Positions 37,391-46,486 of a DNA stretch of 64,000 bases are shown piece by piece (within the stretch, counting starts at the first letter, position 1; every line of letters starts with the position of its first letter). Origin of the DNA: an archaeon (lineage in GTDB: Archaea > Iainarchaeota > Iainarchaeia > Iainarchaeales > JAAZKV01); the NCBI GenBank assembly GCA_041650735.1, contig JBAZKP010000001.1, forward strand, positions 35,076 to 99,075, read 5' to 3'. Under the pieces are notes generated by a model. It did no database searches. It was not told where the DNA came from and saw only the letters and a program-made list of their open reading frames with translations. Position numbers and translations under genes: made by a program.

Positions 37391-38473
37391 ATGAAGGGAA
37401 AAAAAGAAACAGTGCAAAAAAAGGAAAACATAGAAAAATGCGATAAATGCGGACAAAAATCAGCAATTACGCTTTCTTATGGTCCACATTATTTCTGTGA
37501 AAAACACTTTACCCAGTTCTTTGAAAACAGGTTCAAAAAAACCATTAGAAAATACAATCTCTTCAAGTACAAAGAAAAAATTCTTGTTGCGCTAAGCGGG
37601 GGAAAAGACTCAACCCTATTACTCCATTTATTGAAAAAAAATTATTCAAAAAGCAATGAGCTCAGTGCACTAATAATAGATGAAGGGGTTTCGGGTTACA
37701 GAAACAAAGCCATAAAAATCGCGGAAGAAAACTGTAAAACAATGAAAGTGCCTTACAAAATTATTTCATTCAAAAAAGAATTTGGGATAACTAATGACAA
37801 ATTAATGCCTATTATTATGGAAAACCCTAAACTTGGAGGAACATGTTCTTTTTGCGGAACCCTAAGAAGAAATATTATGAACAAATACGCAAAAAAACTT
37901 GGGGCAAATAAGTTAGCAACAGGTCATAATCTTGATGATGAAGTACAAAGCTTTGTAATGAATGTATTCAACAATGATTTTGAGCGAATGAAACGCATGT
38001 CAGCTTCGACAGGAATAATTGATTATGAAGGATTTGTGAAAAGAATAAAACCACTGTATGAAACACCTGAAAAAGAAATAATTGCTTACTGTGCATTTAA
38101 AGGAATAAAGCATTACTCGCAAGAATGCTGTCCTTATTCATGGACAGCAAAACGCAATGAATACAGGGAAATGCTCAACCATTTCGAGAACAGGTTTCCT
38201 GGAACAGAGTACTCCATACTCAGGTTTTATGAAAAAATTAAACCATTAATCAGACCTGAAAAAAAAGAAAAACTAATACTCATAAAAGCGCTTCATGAAT
38301 GCGAACAATGCAAAGAACCCACTGAAAAAAAATTATGCAAAGCGTGCGAAATGATTGAAAAAATAAAATTAGAAACCAAGAGGAAGAAAAATAAAAACAT
38401 AAACAGATTAAAAAAAGGTTCTGAAAAATATAATAAAACACTTACCTGCGCAACAACAAAAAGATTTTCCTGA
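37391..38473 (+). CDS. PP-loop tRNA 2-thiolation enzyme (TtuA/NcsA/Ctu1 family)
   Basis: N-terminal zinc finger 'CDKCGQK..CEKH', PP-loop 'VALSGGKDS', 'GHNLDDEVQ', 'CSFCG', C-terminal 'CEQC..CKAC'. Confidence 0.75.
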   Translation: MKGKKETVQKKENIEKCDKCGQKSAITLSYGPHYFCEKHFTQFFENRFKKTIRKYNLFKYKEKILVALSGGKDSTLLLHLLKKNYSKSNELSALIIDEGVSGYRNKAIKIAEENCKTMKVPYKIISFKKEFGITNDKLMPIIMENPKLGGTCSFCGTLRRNIMNKYAKKLGANKLATGHNLDDEVQSFVMNVFNNDFERMKRMSASTGIIDYEGFVKRIKPLYETPEKEIIAYCAFKGIKHYSQECCPYSWTAKRNEYREMLNHFENRFPGTEYSILRFYEKIKPLIRPEKKEKLILIKALHECEQCKEPTEKKLCKACEMIEKIKLETKRKKNKNINRLKKGSEKYNKTLTCATTKRFS

Positions 38474-38474
38474 A

Positions 38475-40004
38475 TTATTTCAGCATTTTACTGATTCTTT
38501 CAGTAAATTGCTTTTCAAATTTAGTTAATTCCTCAATCTTTGCATCTATTACCAAGGATTTTTCCTGCAAAGTGCGTTCAGCAATAATATTCTTCTGGTT
38601 TAATTCATCAATAGCAGAATTAATCTGAGTAAGATTCTGTTGCATGCTGGTAAGGAACTGTTTTTTGAATTCCTCAAGAACCTGTATTTTTTGGTCAAGC
38701 ATTTCTGGAGAAATCTTTTTACTAATCGACTGTAACCTATTAAGCTCAACTTCTAGATTCGCAATCAAATCATCAGCACGCTGAATCGCAAGAGTCTCAA
38801 TTTTTTGTTCAGCCTGTGCAAGCATTCCTTCAGCAATATTTTTTTCCAGTTCAAGAGTCTTGTTTATGCGCTCATCCATCTGGTTTATCTGACCGCTTGC
38901 CTGATCAAGGAACTCCTGGGCCTGTGATTTTGTTTTAATCATTTCAGAATTCATTTCAACAATCATCTGAGCCTTGGTTTTTCTTGCCTCGCTTAACGCC
39001 TGATTTATTTGTTGTAATGCCAACTCCTGCTGTTTTCTTGCAGATTCAATCGCTGCAAGATTTTCAGACAACTGCCTATTATACTGCTTAAGCTCCGCAA
39101 TCTTCGCATCAATAATAAAAACAATTTCTTTCTGCTTCTGCTCCAAAGCTTCTTTATTGCTTGAAACCATTAAATCTTTTTGAGAATCAATTAAAATTTT
39201 GAATTGGTAAAGTTCCTTCCTAATAGATTCATCAACTTTAACCTGCAACTCCGAATCAATATCATCTTTCAGATGCTTCATTTCAGCAAGCTTCGCATTC
39301 ACCGCAACAACAATTCCTTTTTTCCATAATTCTTCAAAAGCAGGGGAACTCTCAGCACTTGATTTAAGCTTTTGGAAATCAAGTGAAGAAGAATTAAATT
39401 CAACAGGAGAAATAGGAGTAAAAGATTGTTTTTGCACAGGAATTTCTGTTTTCTTTGGCTGTGAAACCTGCACAGGTTTCTGAACAGGTTTTTGCTGCAA
39501 TGGTGCTTCCTGAGGAGTTTGAATAATATCCTGTTCCTGAGAAACTTTTTCTTCAGAGGCACCCTGATTAACAGATTTAAGTGTTTCCTCAACCTCATCC
39601 TCAATATCTTCTTCATCGCCCTGCTGGGAAACATCTATCATTATTTTTTCCGCAAGATTTTCTTTCGGAACCTCTTTAACAACAGAAGATTTTGAGCCAG
39701 TAACCTGATTAGAAACCTTTTTGTCAATAGGAAGCTGGTTAACTATTTGCTCATTCATGCTGAGATCCGAAACTGTTTCTTCAAAAACATCTTGAGATGC
39801 TTTCTGTTGCACCACCCCTGATTGCTGTACACTACCTTGAGTTGAAGCTGGCTGATTTCCTTTCTTTGCTTCCTTAATCATAGACATAGCTTCTTCTTTT
39901 CCAATACCCACATCATAAAGATTCTCCGCTATTTCCTGGTCCGAAACATTAAGCGCAAGAAGCTTCTGAATAGACTCAACAACTGTTTCTCTTTTATCCA
40001 TCAA
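38475..40004 (-). CDS. 509-aa protein: small N-terminal helical domain, Q/P/E-rich linker, long C-terminal coiled coil
   Basis: Heptad-like, Q/E/K/L-rich C-terminal ~280 aa. 'QKPVQKPVQ' micro-repeat in the linker. Confidence 0.6.
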   Translation of the reverse strand: MMDKRETVVESIQKLLALNVSDQEIAENLYDVGIGKEEAMSMIKEAKKGNQPASTQGSVQQSGVVQQKASQDVFEETVSDLSMNEQIVNQLPIDKKVSNQVTGSKSSVVKEVPKENLAEKIMIDVSQQGDEEDIEDEVEETLKSVNQGASEEKVSQEQDIIQTPQEAPLQQKPVQKPVQVSQPKKTEIPVQKQSFTPISPVEFNSSSLDFQKLKSSAESSPAFEELWKKGIVVAVNAKLAEMKHLKDDIDSELQVKVDESIRKELYQFKILIDSQKDLMVSSNKEALEQKQKEIVFIIDAKIAELKQYNRQLSENLAAIESARKQQELALQQINQALSEARKTKAQMIVEMNSEMIKTKSQAQEFLDQASGQINQMDERINKTLELEKNIAEGMLAQAEQKIETLAIQRADDLIANLEVELNRLQSISKKISPEMLDQKIQVLEEFKKQFLTSMQQNLTQINSAIDELNQKNIIAERTLQEKSLVIDAKIEELTKFEKQFTERISKMLK

Positions 40005-40134
40005 ATCGCCAAATAAGTCTAACCGTTATAAGTTAGTTATTCTTGAATAAAAAGTTATCTCGCCAAAAAAAATGTCCTAAAAAAAGGGTAAAAAAAATAA
40101 TTAATGCCCTGCCTAAGCAAGGCATACTAAATAA

Positions 40135-40356
40135 TCAAGGAGAAATCATTATTACGCTATCTCCGCGAATCATAACCTTTCCATACTTAGTTTTCAATTC
40201 CCCTTCAACAACCTGGGAAGCATTTTCGAGATGCAGATTCATATGCACATCAAATGCTCTCAGAGTTCCCCTTACCTGGTTATTACCCTTAAGGACAACC
40301 AGTATTTCCTTATCTATTGCCTCATTCAACACATCAAACGGCCTATTATTCATCAA
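40135..40356 (-). CDS. Sm-like archaeal protein (SmAP/LSm)
   Basis: Sm1 'ILVVLKGNNQVRGTLRAFDVHMNLHLENA', Sm2 'MIRGDSVIMI'. Confidence 0.88.
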   Translation of the reverse strand: MMNNRPFDVLNEAIDKEILVVLKGNNQVRGTLRAFDVHMNLHLENASQVVEGELKTKYGKVMIRGDSVIMISP

Positions 40357-40362
40357 AACACC

Positions 40363-41148
40363 TCATTTTTTCTTGAAAAAAGAAAATAATTTTTCCAAGA
40401 AACCAACTTTTTTTGTATTTGCTTGCTCCTGCACTTTTAACCCAGTTATTCTCGATGCTATTCGCGCTATTTCTTCTGAAGCAGGACAATCAGGTTTCCT
40501 CACAATAACAGGAGCAACCTTTTCCTGCATAAAACTCTTTCTTACCTCAGGATCATAAGGAACATTTCCATAAACAGGTAATTCAAGCATATTAGCAATA
40601 TCATTTTTTGTTATTTCTCCCTTTTCATTCATAACAAAATTAACTATTACTCCAATTACTTTAGAACCAAGTCTCTGCGCAACAATCTTTGTCTTCAATG
40701 CATCAGCAATAGCAGGGGAAGTAGGCATAGTAACCATTAATGTTTCCTGTGAAGCACTCAAAGCACTCAAAACATTTTTTTCTATTCCAGCAGCAACATC
40801 AAGCAAAATAAAATCATATTGTTCAGTGAGCTGGGAAACAACACTACTCAACCTCTCGCTGTCAACCCTCTTATAATTATCCAAACTCAAACCAGAAGGA
40901 ATAAATCTTACTCCTTCAGGACCATCATAAATAGCATCATGAACTTGTGCCTCTCCAAGCAAAACATCATGCAAAGTAATTGGGGAAGACTGCATCCCAA
41001 GAATAAGTGAAAGATTAGCCATCGCAACATCAGCATCAATCAAAAGAACTTTTTGACCAAGCCGCGCAAGCGCAATCCCAAGATTAGCGGTAATAGTAGT
41101 CTTACCAGTGCCTCCTTTTCCTGAAGCAACAGCAATCACGCGACCCAT
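40363..41148 (-). CDS. minD: MinD/ParA-family ATPase
   Basis: Deviant Walker A 'ASGKGGTGKTT', 'LLIDADVAMANL', Walker B 'FILLDVAAG'. Confidence 0.88.
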   Translation of the reverse strand: MGRVIAVASGKGGTGKTTITANLGIALARLGQKVLLIDADVAMANLSLILGMQSSPITLHDVLLGEAQVHDAIYDGPEGVRFIPSGLSLDNYKRVDSERLSSVVSQLTEQYDFILLDVAAGIEKNVLSALSASQETLMVTMPTSPAIADALKTKIVAQRLGSKVIGVIVNFVMNEKGEITKNDIANMLELPVYGNVPYDPEVRKSFMQEKVAPVIVRKPDCPASEEIARIASRITGLKVQEQANTKKVGFLEKLFSFFKKK

Positions 41149-41244
41149 AAAAACACCAAATAAATAACAGTTAAAACAAAAATAAAAAACTACCTATACA
41201 GCAAAAAAACAAAACAAATGCTAAAAAAAATCATCCCCAAAAAA

Positions 41245-41751
41245 TCAAGCAATCTGATTAACTTTTTTCTTTTCTCCATTCCTTGCTTCAGCATGCCTAC
41301 CAGCCTGCATTAATCCATCAAGCTCAAAAGCCAATGCTTTCAATTCAATATTAGCCAACTCGCTCCCAGCTTTAACAATAAAAACTTTTTTATTCAAAGG
41401 AAACAACATAAACCAATGACCATTTCTTTTTATTAAAACTGATTCTGAATCAGGCATCTCGCTTTTTATGTAAGAAAGCATTGCCGTGCCCATTATTCCA
41501 TCAGTGTGCCCATCACCCTCGCTCGAAACAACAATACTGCCATCAAGATTAGTTACAAGAAAAGAATCAACTAAATGCTTTCGCTTCAAAACAATTAAAT
41601 TTTCTTCAAAATCATGGGAATAAACATACTTATGCTTTGACAAAAAATCCTTCAAAAATTCTATTTGAGAAACAGGTCTTGAGGTTTGGTCATCAAGAAC
41701 CTTACCAGCAAAACTCTTAATCAATCTTTTAAACATCCTAACACCAGGCAA
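41245..41751 (-). CDS. Hypothetical 168-aa protein, Roadblock/LC7 (MglB)-like by pattern
   Basis: 'VDSFLVTNLDGSIVVSSEGDG..IMGTAMLSYIKS..VLIKRNGHWFMLFPLNKKVFIVKAG' fits the Roadblock alpha-beta layout. Confidence 0.4.
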   Translation of the reverse strand: MPGVRMFKRLIKSFAGKVLDDQTSRPVSQIEFLKDFLSKHKYVYSHDFEENLIVLKRKHLVDSFLVTNLDGSIVVSSEGDGHTDGIMGTAMLSYIKSEMPDSESVLIKRNGHWFMLFPLNKKVFIVKAGSELANIELKALAFELDGLMQAGRHAEARNGEKKKVNQIA

Positions 41752-41757
41752 CTAACC

Positions 41758-42225
41758 TTATCTTAATTCGCCAAGCCCATAATTATCCAAAGCACTAACT
41801 TTGTCCTCTGGGCGCTCAAACTTAGGCGAAAAGGCAGAAGGAATCATCCTTGGAAGCTCTTTTAAAACTATTTTATTAGTCAAAAGTTTTTCATCAAAAG
41901 CAGTAACCAAATCAACCTGGCTCCGAGTCAACTCAACACACTGATAAAAACCATTACCCTTAGTTTGATTACAAAAAAACTCCAAAGCCTCATTTCCTTT
42001 AACAACCCTCTGAAGAGCAAGACACTCCACAATACAAGCACAAATCTGCCCCTCTCTAAAAAACAAAACACCCTCTTCAACAAGATTTTTTCTCACAGAC
42101 TGAATAATATAACCATTAAATCTTTTAACAGACAATTGCTCTGCAAGAGAAACCAAATCAAAAGGAACATCTCCTTTAGAAACAACAGAACCAACAGGAA
42201 AATTCACAAAACCACCAAAAACCAA
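41758..42225 (-). CDS. Hypothetical 155-aa protein, PATAN/DUF4388-like by pattern
   Basis: 'FDLVSLAEQLSVKRFNGYIIQSV..EEGVLFFREGQICACIV..VKGNEALEFF..GNGFYQCVEL' parallels the DUF4388 consensus. Confidence 0.4.
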   Translation of the reverse strand: MVFGGFVNFPVGSVVSKGDVPFDLVSLAEQLSVKRFNGYIIQSVRKNLVEEGVLFFREGQICACIVECLALQRVVKGNEALEFFCNQTKGNGFYQCVELTRSQVDLVTAFDEKLLTNKIVLKELPRMIPSAFSPKFERPEDKVSALDNYGLGELR

Positions 42226-42240
42226 ATTATAAAAATAAAA

Positions 42241-42759
42241 TTATTTCTTTTCCTCTGCTTTTACTTCCCCACTTCTTCTTCCTCTTAAAAAAACAACTTT
42301 ATCAGCAGTATTCTTTAGAGCAGCAGCACTCATTTCCTCAGCCATCATCGCAACAGTTTCCTTACCATGCTCCTTAGCTTTAATCAACGCAGGCAAAAAA
42401 TCAGAATCACGAGTAGCAAAAACAACTACATCAATTGATTCATTAAACGCAGCTTCAGTAGCATCACAAGCCATAACCACATCAACATCAGTAGTACTAA
42501 TCACAGGAACAAACCCCTGGTTCACAGCTGCCTCCACTAATTTTTCGGAAGCAAATTGATTCAAATAAACTTTTCCAATCTTAATAGAGCCAAATTTCTG
42601 TGCCTCTTTCTTAATTGTTTCCAAATCAATTCCAAACTCTTTCCTTAACAAATTAGGGCCATCAACAAAAACGGCTAACCTCTTACTCTGCCCATGAGGC
42701 AACAACCTTCTTAACCTATCAAGCACAAAAACACCTAGAATAATTAGCTCAAAACCCAA
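42241..42759 (-). CDS. NYN-domain (LabA/DUF88-like) predicted RNase
   Basis: 'LAVFVDGPNLLRK', 'DVDVVMACDA', 'VVFATRDSDFLPALIKAKEHGKE'. Confidence 0.7.
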   Translation of the reverse strand: MGFELIILGVFVLDRLRRLLPHGQSKRLAVFVDGPNLLRKEFGIDLETIKKEAQKFGSIKIGKVYLNQFASEKLVEAAVNQGFVPVISTTDVDVVMACDATEAAFNESIDVVVFATRDSDFLPALIKAKEHGKETVAMMAEEMSAAALKNTADKVVFLRGRRSGEVKAEEKK

Positions 42760-42819
42760 TAAAATACTTTCTAAACCCCTTTAAAAAGAATTAAAACCAG
42801 AACAGGGTAAACTTAGTAA

Positions 42820-43542
42820 ATGCACGCACTGAAAGAAATCCAAATAGAGCTCAAATCAAAAGCTAATTTGGAAAAAGCTCAAATTCTACAAAGGTTTTTC
42901 AAAACAGGGAAAGGCGAATACGCAGAAGGAGATATATTTTATGGGGTAACAGTGCCGGAAACGCGGAGTACAGCAAAAAAATTCTCTGAAAAAATAAGTC
43001 TTTTAGAAGCAGAGAAATTATTGCACTCAAAAATCCATGAAGAAAGATTATGTGCATTGCTTTTGCTTATCCAGAAATTTGAGAACAAGAAAACAACCCA
43101 AAAAGAAAAGAAAGAAATATTTGACTTTTACTTGAAGAACACAAAGTACATTAATAACTGGGATTTAGTTGATTTAAGCTCACACGAAATTGTTGGAGCA
43201 TACCTATACGCACACCCTGAAGAAGAGAAAATACTGGAAAAACTTTCTAATTCTACTCTCCTTTGGGACAAACGAATCGCAATGGTTTCTTGCCACCATT
43301 TTATTTACAGAAAAGAATATTCTGAAGCACTCAAAGTCGCGCAAACCCTACTTAAGGATGAACATGATTTAATCCATAAAGCAGTGGGATGGATGCTCCG
43401 CGAAATCGGCAAAAGAGATTTAAAAACTGAAAAAGCTTTCTTGAAAAAACACTACAAGAACATGCCTCGAACCATGCTCCGCTACGCAATAGAAAAATTC
43501 CCAGAAAAAGAAAGAAAAACATACTTAGAAGGAAAAGTATGA
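42820..43542 (+). CDS. DNA alkylation repair protein (AlkD/AlkC-like HEAT-repeat glycosylase family)
   Basis: 'QRFFKTGKGEYAEGDIFYGVTVP', 'NNWDLVDLSSHEIVG', 'GWMLREIGKRD'. Confidence 0.7.
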   Translation: MHALKEIQIELKSKANLEKAQILQRFFKTGKGEYAEGDIFYGVTVPETRSTAKKFSEKISLLEAEKLLHSKIHEERLCALLLLIQKFENKKTTQKEKKEIFDFYLKNTKYINNWDLVDLSSHEIVGAYLYAHPEEEKILEKLSNSTLLWDKRIAMVSCHHFIYRKEYSEALKVAQTLLKDEHDLIHKAVGWMLREIGKRDLKTEKAFLKKHYKNMPRTMLRYAIEKFPEKERKTYLEGKV

Positions 43543-43635
43543 CTGATTTTTGGGCAAAAGCAGAGATTTTTAAACTAAACCAAATTAATTTGTCTAAGTA
43601 GTGCTTTACAAGAAAGCAGTGAAAAGGTGTTTTTT

Positions 43636-44037
43636 ATGGTTGACGAGAAGAAGTTTGAACAAGCAGGGTCATTGAAACCAGGTCACTTAGTGCTTATTGA
43701 TGGGGAAGTATGCCAGGTTAAGAGCACAGAAAAATCAAAGCCAGGTAAACACGGAGCAGCAAAAGTACGTGTAACAGCTTTTAATATTTTTACAGGACAA
43801 AAAAGGGGACTACTAAAAGGAACTGATAATGAAGTAGAAATACCAATTGTTCCAAAAGCAGATGCACAAGTAGTAGCAACAATAGGAGAATTAATCCAAA
43901 TAATGGATACAACAACATACGAAACACTTGATGCACCAAAGCCAGATGCAGAAGCACAAATCCCAACACTAAAATCAGGGGACCAAATAGAGTACCAGAG
44001 ATACGGAACAAGCGTAAAAATCGTAAGAAAACGATAA
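43636..44037 (+). CDS. eif5a: Translation initiation factor 5A
   Basis: Hypusine loop 'STEKSKPGKHGAAKVRV'. ATG at 43636 follows GGTG. The track start at 43627 is GTG. Confidence 0.9.
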   Translation: MVDEKKFEQAGSLKPGHLVLIDGEVCQVKSTEKSKPGKHGAAKVRVTAFNIFTGQKRGLLKGTDNEVEIPIVPKADAQVVATIGELIQIMDTTTYETLDAPKPDAEAQIPTLKSGDQIEYQRYGTSVKIVRKR

Positions 44038-44049
44038 TTAATTTTTGAA

Positions 44050-44080
44050 AGAAAAAGGTAAGCAAACCGCTTATCTTTTT
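44050..44080 (+). terminator. 13-bp hairpin immediately after eif5a, followed by T-rich sequence
   Basis: Bases 44050-44062 pair with 44068-44080 (one G-T), loop AAACC. CTTTTTC forms the end of the 3' arm (44074-44080) and ATTTTTC lies downstream. Confidence 0.5.
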
Positions 44081-44164
44081 CGAAACTATTTTTCAAAAAC
44101 CCTGAGCAACAAAACAAACCCTTTTCGAGCGAATTAATTAAACTTTCTCACAACAAATAACTAA

Positions 44165-44848
44165 ATGAAAACAAAGCCAAAAGCACTACTCCTTATTTCA
44201 GGAGGAATTGATTCCCCTGTTGCAGGAAAACTCTTGCAAGAAAAATTTGAGCTAGAAGCAATACATTTCTCTCAAAAACCGTTCACTGATGATACTCCTG
44301 AAAAAAAATCCTTATTATTGTGCAGACAATTAGGATTAGAAAAAATGATTATTGTTGAGGGAGGAGAAATGTTCAAAGAAATTGCTGATAATACTTACAG
44401 GGAATATTACTTTGTGTTAATGAAACGATTCATGCTCAAAGTCTCTGAAAAAATTGCTGAAAAAAACAAATGCAAATACCTTGTTACGGGAGAAAGCTTG
44501 GGGCAAGTTTCATCACAGACACTAAGTAACCTGAATACGATTAATCAGGCAACAAAAATAGAAATCTTAAGGCCATTAATATTCATGAACAAACAAGAAA
44601 TTATTGATAAAAGTATTCAAGAAGGATTTTTTGAAACATCAAAAGGAAAAGAAATGTGCGATGCGCTAGCAACAGGGAGCCCAAAAACAAAAACACAACT
44701 AGAAGAAGTGTTAAAACAGGAAGAAAGATGCAAAATGAATGAATTAGTTGAAAAAGCGTTGAAAAAAATCAGGGAAGAAAGCACTTCACAAAAAATTGAA
44801 CTGAATAATCAGGTTATAGGGTTATGTAAACAAAAAAAATATGAATAA
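44165..44848 (+). CDS. thiI: ThiI-type PP-loop ATP pyrophosphatase lacking the THUMP/ferredoxin-like N-terminal half
   Basis: 'ALLLISGGIDSPVAG' PP-loop within the first 25 aa, 'LVTGESLGQVSSQTLSNL', 'ILRPLIFMNKQEII'. Confidence 0.7.
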   Translation: MKTKPKALLLISGGIDSPVAGKLLQEKFELEAIHFSQKPFTDDTPEKKSLLLCRQLGLEKMIIVEGGEMFKEIADNTYREYYFVLMKRFMLKVSEKIAEKNKCKYLVTGESLGQVSSQTLSNLNTINQATKIEILRPLIFMNKQEIIDKSIQEGFFETSKGKEMCDALATGSPKTKTQLEEVLKQEERCKMNELVEKALKKIREESTSQKIELNNQVIGLCKQKKYE

Positions 44849-44882
44849 GCAATAAAAAAAATTAATAATTGAGTTGATTTGA

Positions 44883-45167
44883 ATGGAATTAAGCGATTTT
44901 ACTGGAAAACCATGCAGAAGCAAAATGGCTTATGAGTTCTTACCGAAGAAAAAAGTTTTAATTAACCTAGAAAAAGCTTCAAATGAATTAAGTTTAATAG
45001 GAAACATTGAGGTAACAACAAAAGTTCTCCTAATGGTAAGAATTGAACCCTGCACTGTTTCATTATTCCCCTCAGGAAAAATTCTTGTAAGGGGAGAAAG
45101 AGAAGAGAACAAAGCAAAGCGAACAGCTGAAAAACTAGTTAAAGCGCTTAAAGAAAGCATTAAATAA
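44883..45167 (+). CDS. 94-aa protein resembling a single TBP-domain repeat
   Basis: 'VSLFPSGKILVRGEREENKAKRTAEKLVKAL' aligns position-for-position with the TBP repeat core '[34 protein letters not shown]'. Confidence 0.4.
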   Translation: MELSDFTGKPCRSKMAYEFLPKKKVLINLEKASNELSLIGNIEVTTKVLLMVRIEPCTVSLFPSGKILVRGEREENKAKRTAEKLVKALKESIK

Positions 45168-45241
45168 AGATTCAGAAGCAATTCTTACAACCAATCAAAA
45201 CCCTGTTATAGGCATGGGGTAAAGGCAAAGGAGGTTTTTTG

Positions 45242-45937
45242 ATGGTTGATTTCGGAGAAGCAATAAAAAAACCGTTTTCTGACTTGAAGACACTAGGAAT
45301 AGGCGCTGTATTAAGCATTATTCCAATTGCGAATCTTCTAGTTACGGGGTATGTTGTAAAAACAGCCGAAGACGTAATGAAGAAAAAAAACAAACTCAGA
45401 GAATGGAAAGTAGACGATATTGTTGAATATTTGAAAAAATGGCTCATATCAGCAATAATAGGAATTGTTTACCTAATTGTACCAGCAATACTTGTACTAA
45501 TCGGAGTAGGTAACTCAATAATAGCAGTAGCGACAAGTTATATCGCTAATCCTACAGATATGACAGCAGTAATAAATTCCTTAATGGGAAGCCTTGCAGT
45601 CAGCGGGCCAATACTATTAGTAGGAGCAATACTAGGAATAATTGCAGTATTTTTGCTGCCAATGGCTGTAATGAAATGGCTACAAGCAGGAAAAATAAAC
45701 GCAGCATTCAATGTTATTGAAGTTGCAAAAAATGCTTTAACAGCAGATTATGTAATAGCTCTAATATTCAATGTAATATATGGCGCAGTATTATTCGTCA
45801 TAGCAATGCTAGTAGGAGGAATATTATTATTAATTCCGGTAATTGGAATAATATTATCCCTTCTATTGAACGGAGCAATAAGCTTTGCTGTCGCAATAAC
45901 AGGATATACGCTAATAGCACAAACAGTAAAAAAATAA
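45242..45937 (+). CDS. Polytopic membrane protein (DUF4013-like)
   Basis: 'FGEAIKKPFSDLKTLGIGAVLSIIPIANLLVTGY' is an N-terminus typical of DUF4013. AGGAGG lies 8 nt upstream of the ATG. Confidence 0.5.
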   Translation: MVDFGEAIKKPFSDLKTLGIGAVLSIIPIANLLVTGYVVKTAEDVMKKKNKLREWKVDDIVEYLKKWLISAIIGIVYLIVPAILVLIGVGNSIIAVATSYIANPTDMTAVINSLMGSLAVSGPILLVGAILGIIAVFLLPMAVMKWLQAGKINAAFNVIEVAKNALTADYVIALIFNVIYGAVLFVIAMLVGGILLLIPVIGIILSLLLNGAISFAVAITGYTLIAQTVKK

Positions 45938-45948
45938 AATTAATTCGT

Positions 45949-45984
45949 GTTAAGCGGGCAACCGCTTAACTTTCCATTTTTTTT
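45949..45984 (+). terminator. Intrinsic-terminator-like hairpin plus T8 tract
   Basis: Perfect 9-bp stem GTTAAGCGG/CCGCTTAAC with GCAA loop (45949-45970), then TTTCCATTTTTTTT. Confidence 0.6.
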
Positions 45985-46053
45985 GAATTTTTGTTTTTGC
46001 AATTCTCTCTTCAACTAGAGAAAATTTAAAAGAACTTACCCCTCATTTCTTTT

Positions 46054-46482
46054 ATGACTGAAGATTGTTTGTTCTGCAAAATAGTAAAACATGAAATGGA
46101 TGCTGTAACTGTTTTTGAAAATGAGGAAGTAATTGCTTTCCTTGACATTAACCCTGCAGGACCACTAGTTGGACACACAGTGGTTATATCAAAAGAGCAT
46201 TATGAAAACATTGAAGAAATTCCTGAAAAAAGGCTTTGCGAAATGATGAAAATAGTAAAAAAACTTGTTCCTGCAATAAAAAAAGTATCACAAGCTGATG
46301 GAGTAAACATAATTCAAAACAACGGGAAAGCTTCAGGACAGTTCGTTCCACACATACACTTCCACATTATCCCAAGAAAACACGGGGACGGGATATGGTT
46401 TGATACAAAAAGAAGAAATCCAATGCCTTTAGAGAGAATAGAAACCGCAAAAGCAATCAAAAGCGAACTGGAAAAACAATAA
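46054..46482 (+). CDS. HIT-family protein (second copy in window)
   Basis: 'CLFCKIV', 'VPHIHFHIIPR'. ATTTAAAA box 30 nt upstream of the ATG. Confidence 0.8.
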   Translation: MTEDCLFCKIVKHEMDAVTVFENEEVIAFLDINPAGPLVGHTVVISKEHYENIEEIPEKRLCEMMKIVKKLVPAIKKVSQADGVNIIQNNGKASGQFVPHIHFHIIPRKHGDGIWFDTKRRNPMPLERIETAKAIKSELEKQ

Positions 46483-46486
46483 CTTG

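Noticed and set aside
40043-40558. 171-aa plus-strand ORF
   Set aside because: It is entirely antisense to the Sm gene and the 3' end of minD, both of which have unmistakable family motifs. Its composition is S/F/L/T-rich.
43683-44117. 144-aa and 91-aa minus-strand ORFs over eif5a
   Set aside because: They are antisense to a gene with the hypusine-loop signature, and the 3' part runs through the terminator hairpin.
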